DNA of 64,000 nucleotides, from NCBI RefSeq assembly GCF_009914755.1, contig NC_060933.1. One strand, 5' to 3'. Numbering within the stretch: the first letter of the stretch is position 1; each line of letters starts with the position of its first letter. The notes beneath the pieces were generated by a model. The model was not told where the DNA came from, ran no database searches, and worked only from the letters and a program-made list of their open reading frames with translations. This document shows positions 1 through 12,059 of the stretch, piece by piece. This stretch comes from the human T2T-CHM13v2.0 reference genome, Homo sapiens. The position numbers and the translations under genes were made by a program.

Positions 1-725
1 TGTGCTCAGATCAGCAGGTTCTGCAACTACCCAGCTGTTTTGTTCTTGTAGAATTGGGCTGAGCAGCAAAGAAAAAGAGAGCATAGCTTATGAAATAACA
101 TGATTGGTTCACCAAGTGCAAATATGTGGATCAGGAGCTTGATGCTTCTGCCAATAATAAATGAATAAGAGAAGACTCATCAGTGGCCATTTTAATAAAT
201 ACATTAATGAAAGAATGGAAATGTGGAAAGAATATAGTGGAATACGTATTCAAGCAGGTTTTTTCCAGATGGTCAAATGGTAGGACAAGAGATTTTCAGA
301 AGTCACAGCTGAGAACTTTAGAATACTGAATACTAAATAACTTTAGAACTGTAGGAATACTGCTTGGAGAGAAATGAAAACTATTTCCCAAAGGAGAATT
401 TTGTAGGCTGTACCTTTGTTTCATTCGCTTCTTCTAGCATGGGCAGGTCCTTGCAGAAAGGACTGAGACTGGCTTTATCAGGGTCTTATTAATTTCTGTA
501 TCTACTGCAAGTATAACCAGATATCATTAGTTAAAAATGGGTTCCAATTCAACAGATTCTCTTATAATATGGGCATCATTATCCTCTCCCATTTTATCAG
601 TGTTGCATATCATTTTTACAATTGTTGGTAATCTTACACCCATAAAACATGAAATTAATTAAACAAAAACTACTTCTTTCGAGTATTAAACAAACAACAA
701 CTGCACTTTAAAAAATAAGCTTTCT

Positions 726-1408
726 GCTCTATCCATGTTGCTGCAAAGGACATGATCTTGTTCCTTTTTATGGCTGTGTAGTATTCCACGGTGTATAGGT
801 ACCACATTTTCTTTATCCAGTCTCTCATTGATAGGCACACGGGTTGATTCCATGTCTTTGCTATTGTGAATACTACTGCAATGAACATACACATGCAGGT
901 ATCTTTATAATAGAATGATTTATATTCCTTTGGGTATATACCCAGTAATGGGATTGATGGGTCAAATAGTATTTCTGTTTCTAGATCTTTGAGGAATCAC
1001 CACACTGTCTTTTACAATGGTTGAACTACTTTACATACCCACCAACAGTGTAAAACCGTTCTTTTTTCTCCCCAACCTCGCCAGCATTACCATTATCCTT
1101 AGGAAGCTAACGCAAGAAGCAAAAACCAAACACCGCATGTTTTCACTTATAAGTGGGAGCTGAACGATTGAACGATGGGAACACATAGACATGTGGTGGG
1201 GAACAACACACAGTGGGGACTGTTGTGGGGGTGAGGCAAGGAAGAGCATCAGGAATAATAGCTAATGGAAGCTGGGCTTAATACCTAGGTGATGGGTTGA
1301 CCTGTGTAGCAAACCACTGTGGCACATGTTTACCTATGTAACAGACTGCACATCCCGCACATGTATCCTGGAACTTAAAAGTCGATGAAAAAAATTAAAA
1401 TAATAAAA
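726..1408 (+). mobile_element. 5'-truncated, 5'-inverted L1 (older L1PA, approx. L1PA13-16); inverted arm 726-1087, sense arm 1090-1408
   Basis: Minus ORF 670-894 gives the ORF2 C-terminus (MFIAVVFTIAKTWNQP..WIKKMWY.YT.EYY). Plus arm has L1 3'UTR and A-tail. Degenerate TSD aaaaataagctttct (711-725) / aaaacgaagccttct (1405-1419). Confidence 0.9.
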
Positions 1409-2806
1409 CGAAGCCTTCTATAATTAACCCTACAAATTCAATTGTTTGAAGCCTCCATCATGTCAGGGTACAGGAGGATCTAGTTTTTGACAGGATTGTC
1501 TCCCCAAAATTTGGGGACTTCTTAGAGGATGCTTATGCATTATACAAATCTGTTCTTGGTATAATGTTCAATTCTACTCATGAACCAAACCTCTTCTACA
1601 AGTCTTCTTGTACAATTTCTGGGTAAGAGATTTCCCTTAGGCTAGTATATTATTTGTATGTAGAAACATACTTTCCATTAATTTCTTTCAGTGATAGCTG
1701 ATATGAAGCTGAAATTTAAGTAAAAGGTTAATGAAATATTAGGGATAACATAAGAAAAGTGTTACAGCTTCTATATAATATATGTCTATGTATGTGTGTA
1801 TGTGTATGTTGAGTTTGTGGATGTGTACATACATACTTCATTTCTCCTCTAGTATTTCAGTTCCAGCTCCTTTATGCCATTCTTTCACCCAGATACCTGC
1901 TCTGAGGGAATCCATGTTGGTAATAAGGATAACATTCTGAAGGGGAGAAGAGAGAGGGATAGATGGCTACAAAACAAAAAGAATTGCACTATTTAAAAGC
2001 AGCCCCTCCCACAGACTAGCATTTCTTTAAGGTACATAGTCACACTGCTTTTTGAAAGAGAACAGTTTCCTCAGTGGCAGTTGAAGACATTGTTTGGATA
2101 GAAATTGTGTTTTTAACATGATCTGGCATATACTGGTAGGATGCCAGTAGAATTGTGGAAAACTGCGGCTGGAAACCATTGTAGAGGGCTTGCAGTGCAA
2201 ACTTTCTCTATATGGATGAGAAAACAGAGGCACAGAAAGCTACATGCCTTATTTTAGACAACTGAGATAGTTAGTAGCCCAAAGAGGCCTAGAAGCCTGA
2301 GAACCACTAAGTCAGGGTTATTGACTTAGTCACCTCTTAAGAGGGTGACTTAGTCACCCTCTTTAAAATGTGTGAGCAAATTTGGGCATTGTTGATTTAT
2401 TGTAAAATGGTATGCCAAAGCACAACCTGTTGGTAAATAGCATAAAACCCAGGGACATCCTTAAAGAAAATAATAAAATAATGTTCTTTGATTTCTCTTT
2501 CATTCCTCTTCCTTCCCTTCTTTCACATTTTATCTCAAACGTTGTGGTACAGGAGCCTATGCTCACTTTTAGGCCCCTGTTCTATACATACTCTGACTAG
2601 TGTCTTAGACTCAAGCGTACTGTTTTGGCTTTATCTTAAGATCATAACTTTCCCGTTGCTCTTGATCCAAAAATACTGTATTTGTTTTTTGTAAATTTAT
2701 TCTGGCATTCTGTACTCTTCTCAAGATAGTGTGAAAATGTCTAAGTCATTAAAGACAAGCAAATATGTAATGAATTACCTTCCAGGGGCACAGTGTTATA
2801 ATATAC

Positions 2807-4067
2807 CAGTGTGTCTTAAACCTTAATCTCCATGTAAGTCACTCAAAGACCTTATTTACTGGGGGAACCTGCCCCCGATAGTCACATAGGTTCTTTTCTA
2901 TTTTCCCTAAGTGTCAGCTGGTCTGAGAAATAAAAGGAAAGAGTACAAAAGAGAGAAATTTTAAAGCTGGGTGTCCGGGGGAGACATCACATGTCGGCAG
3001 GTTCCGTGATGCCCCCTGAGCCGTAAAACCAACAAGTTTTATTAGTGATTTTCAAACGGGGAGGGAGTGTATGAATAGGGTGTGGGTCACAGAGATCACG
3101 TGCTTCACAAGGTAATAGACTATCACAACGCAAATGGAGGCAGGGCGAGATCACAGGACCACAGGACTGGGGCAAAATTAAAATTGCTAATGAAGTTTCA
3201 GGCACTCATTGTCATTGATAACATCTTATCAGGAGACAGGGTTTGAGAGCAGACAACTGGTCTGACCAAAATTTATTAGGTGGGAATTTCCTCGTCCTAA
3301 TAAGCCTGGGAGCGCTATGGGAGACTGGGGCTTATTTCATCCCTACAGCTTTGACCATAAAAGATGGCCACCCCCTGAAGTGGCCATTTTAGAGGCCTAC
3401 CCTCAGGGATGCATTCTCTTTCTCAGGGGTGTTCCTTGCTGAGAAAAAGAATTCAGCGATATTTCTCCCATTTGCTTTTGAAAGAAGAGAAATATGGCTT
3501 TGTTCCTCCCAGCTCACCAGTGGTCAGAGTTAAGGTTATCTCTCTTGTTCCCTGAACATTATCCTGTTATCCTGTTCTTTTTTCAAGGTGCCCAGATTTC
3601 ATATTGTTCAAACACACATGCTCTACAAACAATTTGTGCAGTTAACGCAATCATCACAGGGTCCTGAGGCAACATACATCCTCCTCAGCTTATGAAGATG
3701 ACAGGATTAAGAGATTAAAGTAAAGACAGGCATAGGAAATCACAAGGGTATTGATTGGAGAAGTGATAAGTGTCCATGAAATCTTCACAATTTATGTTCA
3801 GAGATTGCTGTAAAGACACATGTAAGAAATAATAAAAGTATTAATTTGGGGAACTAATAAATGTCCATGAAATCTTCACAATTTAGGTTCTTCTGCCATG
3901 GCTTCAGCCAGTCTCTCCGTTCGGGGTTCCTGACTTCCCGCAACACTTATTAAAATGCAGATTCTGATTCAGCAAGTCTGGGTGGGCTCTGGGATTCTGC
4001 ATTTCTAAGTTGTTTCTCAGGTGATGCTGAAGCTCTTGGTACATTGACCATACTCTGAACAATAAGG
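2807..4067. mobile_element. MER5-family hAT-Charlie fossil split by the MER11 LTR (pieces ~2807-2856 and ~3946-4067)
   Basis: aaaatgcagattctgattcagcaagtctgggtggg...gcatttcta...caggtgatgctga matches MER5; continuous across the LTR once one TSD copy is removed. Confidence 0.7.
2857..3945 (-). mobile_element. MER11 (HERV-K11 family) solo LTR, MER11B/C-like
   Basis: Reverse complement starts TGTTGCGGGAAGTCAGG..CCCCGAACGGAG. Internal repeat tgtccatgaaatcttcacaattta present twice. Perfect 6-bp TSD CTTATT at 2851-2856 and 3946-3951. Confidence 0.95.
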
Positions 4068-5224
4068 CAATTGCTATAATAGTTAAAATACTTGCATTTC
4101 AAAAGAGGGCATCAATATTTTGAACTAAAAATGACAACATGAGAATTTCAAGCAGAAGTGTTTTTGACAATCTTTGTATCACTACATATAGTCAGGTGGT
4201 TATTATATCTCTGTATCAGATCCATTTGGGAAAGCCCTTTTGAGCTCATTATATGGAAGAGTACAGAAGATTGGACAAATTTTTCTTTACTGATGACAAA
4301 TTTCAACCATAAGCTGATGATTTATTCTCACTCTTCTAGTACTTTCCTGTCTTCCTCCTTCCTTTACAAATAAATTTTTAGAGCTTCCCGTGTACAAGAT
4401 TCTGGTTTTGTTTTATCTGCCTTCCAAAGGAAAAACTTTAGAAATATTTATTGAATGTTCATTATTTCTTAGTTGGTAGGAACAGTGGGTTCTAATTTTA
4501 ATTTGGGAGGAGATTAGTTTTCTTTCTCTTTATCCCTCTAGCCCCCATGGCAATCTACTCTTCTAACACATATCTTGTACTTTATTTTTCTTTTTTCTCT
4601 GTAATTGTGTTTTCAAAACCAGATTCAGCACTTTTCTCCTTCCTCCAATGTTTTAGAATGTGCCTACCAGTATGGCTTAATTTTGCCCCAACATCTATTA
4701 TGGTGCTTTGTATATTAATATGCACAAATAAGTCTCAGTAAATGAATACACAATAAATGTTCATGGTATTTAATTGACTTGGTTCTTTAGGGCAACTCTC
4801 CCCCATGCTGGTTTTCAATGACATACGGAAAATACCTGTGGGTTATTTGTTTGCCCCTCCTAGATGCTACTGATGCAGGTATTCTCTGTTATTTATATAT
4901 TTAAGTACTTTTCAATTAGGACAGCAACACTTTTATTCCCATGCAAATAATACCCCCTTAATCCTACAATTCCTACATGTGAAGTTGCAAATATCATCTC
5001 CTTGGCATGCCTAATGTAGAATAATCTTATGCACCTGCTTTTTCTCTTTGGGCATTGTGTTTGGATGCAACTAGGAAAAATGAGTAGGTGGTTCTGATAA
5101 TTCCTTCTAAATTTGAGCCTCTTCTTTGAATGAAGTCGTGGGGAGGATGTGGATAATGAAATTGCCAGGCCAGAATAGAGATCTTTTGTGTGCTTCTAAT
5201 CTACGTGAAAGACAGCATTCATTC

Positions 5225-5760
5225 TTTATAAATCTTTTATTCCTGCTCAATACTTATTGAGTACCAGTATGTTCCAGGCATAGTTAGCAGTAGCATCCCT
5301 TCCTTCCTGGAGTCAAATTCTATTTGCGCATGTGTGTGTGCATGTGTATATGCACATGTGTGTTTTATGAAGTTAACAATTAAATTTAGAACATAGTTCC
5401 TATTAGGGATAAAAATAGTGAAACTATAGGAAGCAGATTAGGAGGATAAATGGGAGAAGGAATAGTATGGGCCTTAAATTTTGGCTTTTAGGAAAGGTTT
5501 GTTTAAGAAGACATTCGAGCAGACACCTGAGGTGAAGTAAGGGGTGAGACATATGGGCACTGGAAAAAAAGGTTCCAGACATGGGGAGCAGCAAGTGCGA
5601 AACCCCTGGGTTGAGAATGATTCTGGAATGCTGGATGAAAAGCAGGAGGCTTATGTGGCAGATGGAGTAAGTGAGGTGAGTGAAGAGATGAGTTCAGACA
5701 GGAGGCTAGCCTGTACCTATAAGTGGCTGCTCAGTAAAAATCATGATACTCTTCTGTTTT
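5225..5760 (-). mobile_element. L2 fragments
   Basis: L2 3'-end-like caatacttattgagtaccagtatgttccaggca plus purine-rich L2 body motifs. Confidence 0.6.
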
Positions 5761-5789
5761 ACAATTTCAGTGGCTTTTATTGCTCTTAG

Positions 5790-6306
5790 GATGAAGATGC
5801 AAAAGCTTGCATGGCCTGACCTCTACTTAATTCTCAAGCCTCATCAGGCATGCTGTACTCTCCCAAGTTCTCTGTTCCAGCCCCCACACTCTCCTGTGGC
5901 TTCTTTTGGTTCTTCTCTTTTACTATTCTTGTCACCGCAGGGCCTTTGTATGTGCCAGTCCCACTGCCTGGAGAACTCTTCACCTACACTCCCAACCTTT
6001 GCTCCTTTGCATCTCAGCTTCATTACCAGTTCCTTAGAGAAGGCTTCCATGGCCTTCCTATAATCTCTGTTAGGTGCACTCATGGTATCATGCACCCTTT
6101 CTTCATGAAACTTATCAACATTTCAGTGTTGCTTTTCTTTATGTGGTTATTTAATTAATGTCTTTTCCTGCTGCCAAATTATAAGAGGCACAAGGCTAGA
6201 AACCATGAGTATTTTTTCCACCACATTATCTCTAACACCTTGTATGGTATCTGTCACACAGTAGTTGCTCAGTACATATTTCAATAGTTGATTACAAAAA
6301 AATGAA
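5790..6306 (+). mobile_element. L2 3' fragment
   Basis: Pyrimidine-rich L2 body ending cacacagtagttgctcagtacatattt..aatgaa. Confidence 0.65.
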
Positions 6307-6534
6307 CTCCCTTTTTTTCCTGCTTTACTTTCACCTTTTATTTCTCTTTTCTTTTTTTTCTCTCTGCTCTCTTTCTTTCTTCCTCAATTCTTTCTTCTTT
6401 TATCTTACTTTCTGAAGACTCTTTTACCGCTGAATTTGAGATTCCATATGGAAGTGAACATTTCCTAATGACTAAAGGATGATGATAGAAAGGAGTTGGT
6501 GGCGTTTAATAGCATGCTGCCGTTCTATCTGAAA

Positions 6535-7173
6535 TCAAAGATCCCCTTCATAAGAGAGCATGACTGTTACATCTTCCTTAAAATGAAAACCTACATCAAA
6601 CACTGCAGCAGGGGTACTTTTCCATTTCATTTCTTTTGTTCTGCTTGTGGCTTTGCTGAATCCATCTATCATTAACATTTATAATTTAGCATTGTCTTCT
6701 GGCACAGTGTGATGCGATCTGTATTGCTGACAGATGTGTCTCAGTCTTGGTCTTAGGTCTTTCAGCTGTCTGGTTTCTGGGATTTTGCTTATCTAAGCAT
6801 TTCATTTGTCACACTACCTGCCATTGTCAACACGTTTGTCTTTATCCTCAGTCATTAGTTTCTTATGCTCTGTCTTAATCCCATTACAGGGTTTGTTCTT
6901 GCTATTTTTATTTGTCACGGTATCTATTTTAGTAGCAGATGTAGTTGTCAGAACATCTCCTTTGCTCCTGTTATTGGTGTCACTTGTGCATTCAGTGTTA
7001 GACTTTGTCTTGTGTGCTATTCTGGGTCTTTCTATGTACACTTCTTTGTCCACTTCATTGTTTTAATCATATCAGATCTTTTTTTTTCTCCCAGGAATGC
7101 ATAATTGTGGTTCATTTATTTCTTCTTGCCGATTCTGAATATGGTCGAGTTGCTTTGTCTCTGATGCAAGCAT
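6535..7173 (-). other. Unassigned A-rich, possibly decayed reading frame (~213 codons, 6 internal stops)
   Basis: One frame runs through ORF 6814-7053 and beyond on both sides without a frameshift; no match to any repeat or protein I recognise. Confidence 0.25.
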
Positions 7174-9146
7174 TTTCGGAAGGCCAGATCAATGGTGTAA
7201 CAGAAGTGAATGCAAATTTATGAGTGTTTGGTCTCAACATGTGTGCACTCAGTCAGAGAACAGAGCAAGAGTGTGTGCTTTTGATTATGTGAGGATAGTA
7301 TGTTCACTTATAGGCTTGATTTTTACTATGTGCTCTTCATATTTGTTTTAATATAGTCTACTGGATGAGAGGTTTATTTTTTTTTCTCAGTTTAGTGTAT
7401 TTCTATTGTCAACAACATTTTGAAGTAGAATACACTTTATCTTTCCTACACTTGGGTGATGGATTAACAAAGAAAGCAAAAGAAGTTTATTCTAAAACAA
7501 ACTGATTGCTTGAAAAAAAAGCTAATTAAGCAATGGTTTAACGAAAAAATAAATAAAAGATGAGGATAAACATGGAAGGGTACGGATAATAAAAAACAAA
7601 TAGGACTTGGCTTGATAATGGTATACACAATATTAGCCTCAGAAGTAACCATTTAACATTTACAATTGATTCTCGCATAACCTAAAATAACAGAGTACAC
7701 GAGGGAGCTTCAACTTACTAAAAGATAGAAGAAATTCTCTTGCTTGGGAATTGGAGATACTCTCTCAGAGGAACTAGCTATAGCTTTTCTAAGGTTTTGA
7801 TCCAACTCATAATTGGTGGAAGAAAAGAGAATGTATAAAAATGTCTAACCCTAGGAATCCTGTAATTGCATAAAATATTTTATGTCCAATCAACTGATTT
7901 GGAACCGTATCATTCTAAGATTCATATTCTCCCTCTACCCTGTGATTTTAACAATTGCTTTTAAGTTGTTGAGTTTTAAATATTTGAACTGTTTTGTTAG
8001 TTTGATTCTTCTAAACTGAGGAAATCAGAATATTAGTCGCTTGGAAGAAAAGACTTAATTTTAATTATGGAGTCCCAGGAATCAAGGAATCCAAGAGACA
8101 GTAGACGCTTGAAACACTGGATTTAAACTGCCTGTGAAGCTCTTTTCACCATTAAAGTGTAGGAAAATAGACTTTTTAGGGGAAAGAGAGATGTTCATTG
8201 GAGTTTGGGTTTTTTGTGCCTAATGACAGCCAGCAATGCAAATTTGAAAGACGTCTGTAAGGCTCTTCAAATGAAAAGAAGAGCACTTCCATATTTATCC
8301 TGTGAATGAATAAAACACAAGATCAGTAGCTGTTTAGGCTGGAGAATATTTCATATATACATGTTAATGTCCATGCAAAAATCTGCTTGCATATACCTTA
8401 TAGCATCTTCCCACTTTGTACCTCTGTGGTATTTGGTATATAGCTCTAAGGCTTTTCATGGCATCATGATTGTTTGAATATCTTCTGTCACCCTTGTTAT
8501 GAGCTCCTTGGGTCGATTCACTATTTATTAAGCCAGTGCTTTGTGAATTCTTGTTTTTTAATATATAATTTTTAATAAATGGATGTCATTCTATAATCTA
8601 TGCCAGATAATTAAGCAGTAAGGTTACATGCTGTACATCATTTTCCAACTTAAAGAATTTATAGCCTTAGAATAGGGCAGTGAAAAAAAGGTCCATGTTG
8701 AAACATTTTCAGGTAGGCATACAATCACTGTGTGTGTATGTAAAATACTTGAAAATGTGGGTAACTGTGATAAAAAAGCAGGTATCTACAAAATACTAAA
8801 CATATGCTCCACATTGTATAAAACACTATATGATACATATGACATCTAATTTACTCATCATAAAAATCTAGTGCAGTAGGTATTTGTAGTACTTTTTTGG
8901 TGAGCTGCTGGCTCAAAGTAGTTTCCCCTTTTCTGGGAAAAAAACTTGCGAGATCTTGATGACTACATTTCTAAGTTGAACTTTAAATTTCTGGCCATAG
9001 CTTGTGGATCCATGGTTTGGATATGATCCAAGCAGAGATTAATCAGATTTAATCTTCCAAGATGTGGAAATTTGGGAAAGAGACAGAGAGACTGGGAATT
9101 TTTGGAGCTGAGTCATATTAATGACAGTCAATGGGAAGGTCACCTG

Positions 9147-9960
9147 TATTCATTCACTCAACAATATGTATTAAATGCCTTGTGTGTTCCAGGCACCAAG
9201 CAGGGCCTGGGAATTAAATGACAGTAAAAGTAGACATAATCTATGTTCTCAAGGAATTTATAGGTTACTAGAGGGGAAAACGGTAATAAAACACTCATAA
9301 AACTAAAACTATAAACTGATATAAATAAAAAAATGGAATGTAGTTCTATGATAATAAATAATAATAGAATCTAAAACAGGCAAAGATTGGGAAGTAGTAA
9401 AATTTACTTTTTTTCTACATTTATTGTTTAGAAAGCACATTACGTAAGTGGAAGTGATACACGTGGTTGAGAGAAGACATTTCAGGGAGAGGAAACAGCA
9501 CGTCAGAAGCCCTAGAATGCAAGAGGGCAGCGTGGTGCAGTATTCCAGTGTGCCTAAATACTGAGAGCTGGGAAAGAGCAGAAAGTTAGTATGGAGAGTC
9601 TTGATTGCCTGGTTAAAAATTATTGTTCGTATTATAAGAATAATGACATTCAAGAGAAAGGTTTTCATCAGGGGCCTAATATGATCAGATTTGTGATCAG
9701 ATTTAGTCCATGGGAAAGTTGATGCTAGTTTGCTATGGCAAGAGCAACAGAGTGGGAAAAGAAGTGAATGGGTTTGATAAATATTTAAAAAATAAATGTA
9801 ATAGAATTTGATGATAAGATTTATCACCAGAAAGAGAGAGAGAGAGAGGTGTCAAATATGAGATCAGGTATGATTTCCAGATATTTGACTTGAAAAGGTA
9901 GGGATAGATAAGTTCACCAAGTTAGATAACTTTAAGACTCAGAGTGAATTGATTGGTGTT
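9147..9960 (-). mobile_element. L2
   Basis: cattcactcaacaatatgtattaaatgcc..ccaggcac L2 tail followed by typical L2 body. Confidence 0.75.
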
Positions 9961-10167
9961 GAACAATGTAGGATTTTATGTGCCCATTTGAGGCAGTTGT
10001 GATGGTCATGGATTTTGTTTCTAGCATATGTAAAGGATTACTTATGTTATTTTTGAAGTTTAAAGTTTGGTAACAGAGAACTTGCCTAGAAAAAGATGGT
10101 GGTAAGGATTTCTTAATTTTCTAGATCTTCTTGGGAAGAAATTCATGAATCGTGAAGGCACTCAAAG

Positions 10168-10193
10168 TGAGTCAGATCGCCATCTGGTGACTA
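10168..10193 (-). promoter_or_regulatory. Candidate CTCF site with abutting AP-1 site
   Basis: Minus strand TAGTCACCAGATGGCGATCT is close to the CTCF core CCACCAGATGGCGC; TGAGTCA at 10168-10174; unique sequence with the CpG retained. Confidence 0.55.
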
Positions 10194-10654
10194 TTTACAG
10201 AAATAGCAGACACATGCTCCCTGGGTACATACTTATAACTAACATTTATTGAGAAATTATTAATGCCTGGAACCTGTGCTATACATTTATATGTAGCATC
10301 ATATTTAATAACAGATTATAACATACTGAAATTTAAAGGGTGATATAAGGTAATACTATTATATATAAAGAAAGTATATAATTGAATGGTACATGAATAA
10401 TTTAAATGAAAAAAGTATTGAGATGACAATGGGATGATGAACTGCACCTCCCCTCTCTCTGCTTCTGTCCCCCACTGACATATGTACATGCACATTCACA
10501 TTAACTATTTTTTCAGGAGAAAATTTGGAATTAATTCTGCTATAGAATTTGGTCTCTTCCCTCCTAAAGAAAAAAGAGTCATTGATAGCTCTTGAGTTAG
10601 CTCTTTTTAATGTAAGCCAGGTTTAGAAAAAAGTCAACTTTTTTTGCACAATAC

Positions 10655-11185
10655 ATCCATTTATCTATTCAACAATTATAGACTGAGCACCTATTATGGT
10701 GAGGCTCTGTTCTACTGAAGATTCAACAGTAAAAAAAATGTATGAAAACTCCTATCATTATGAAGTTTCCCAGTGAGGGGAGACAGAAAATGACAAATAA
10801 AATGTATAATATGCCACATAGACTTAAGTGCTAAGGGAAAAAAAGCGCATAAAGGGGATAATTACAGATAGTAGAGGTATAGGAATGTTGATATTTTGAG
10901 TGGATATTAGATTCCATGTAACAAAAACTTCAAGGTGATAAAGAAACAGACCCTCTGGACATTTTGAGGTAGAGTGTCCACAAAGAAGAGACAGCAAGTG
11001 CAAAGGCCCCAAGGTTGGAATGTGCCTAGATTATTTAAGTAAAAGAGGCCTATGTGGCTGTGGTAGAGTTAGGGAGGGGCTGACTGAAAGGAGAGGAAGT
11101 TGAGGATACCAGGAGGAGAGTTCATATTTGGTCTTGGAGTTCACTTTAAGGGCTTTGATTTTTTTGCAAAATGAAATGAGATCCT
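10655..11185 (-). mobile_element. L2
   Basis: catccatttatctattcaacaa..actgagcacctattatg tail and gcaagtgcaaaggccc body motif. Confidence 0.75.
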
Positions 11186-11516
11186 GCTCAGCAGAAATTT
11201 ACCCTTTTCTTGATATGAGAATCAGATTTTGTTCCTTGAAGAGAATTTCACATCTGTTTTAGAGAGATGGGCTTACTTCTCAGATTACCAACAAGAGACC
11301 TACTCTATCTTCTTGCTGGTGGAAAATTGGGAGTTGGAGTGTTCACCTTCTTGCCCACTGGCACCACCGCATTTCATCTCTTCCATCTCTATAGCCAGAC
11401 ACAGCTCATAAGGGGTTGAATTGTGAGCCTCATTGGAGTTTACCCTTAAAGAGGGATAGGATGTTGGACTAAGAGACTCAGAAGGTAAGGCTGCGTGTAG
11501 AGAAGAAAATGAAAAG

Positions 11517-11785
11517 GGCTGGGCATTGTGGCTCATACATGTAATCCCAGCACTTTGGGAGGCTGAGGTGAGTGGTTCACTTGAGGTCAGGAGTTTGAGA
11601 CCAGCGTGGCAAATATGATGAAACTCTGTCTCTATTAAAAATAGAACAGTTAGCCAAGTGTGGTGGCACACACCTGTAGTCCCAGCTACTCGGGAGGCTG
11701 AGGCAGCAGTGAGCTGAGATTGTGCTACTGCACTCCATCCTGGGTGACAGAGCAAGACTCTGTCTCAAAAAAAAAAAAAAAAAAA
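11517..11785 (+). mobile_element. Alu (J/S age) with ~30-bp deletion in the right arm
   Basis: Two-arm Alu with poly(A); gaggctgaggcag is joined directly to cagtgagctgag. Confidence 0.95.
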
Positions 11786-12059
11786 TTAAAGAGAAAAGGA
11801 AACAGAGTGCCTATAGAGGACACCTTTCTTTTCAAGATCTAAGTGTAAAAGCGCCCTCACTTGTGTGATTCAGGGGGTTATGTTAAATACTAAGCTTCCT
11901 CTCAGGATGGACTACAATTCTGAGCATTCAGCCAAGAAACTCATATCCAACCATGGTGGTCTTGTGTGTTTTATCTGGGAGAAACTGCCAAACAATGGGG
12001 CCCAGGAGGACTAACTATTCTCTTCAGTCCTCTTATAGATACTCGAGCAGAGATAGGAC

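Noticed and set aside
3771-3885. Direct repeat inside the LTR
   Set aside because: Part of the MER11 consensus structure.
9309-9827. Longest ORF (172 aa)
   Set aside because: Lies within a degenerate L2; no recognisable protein.
11849-11866. Possible second CTCF site (minus ACAAGTGAGGGCGC)
   Set aside because: Several mismatches in the 5' half of the core.
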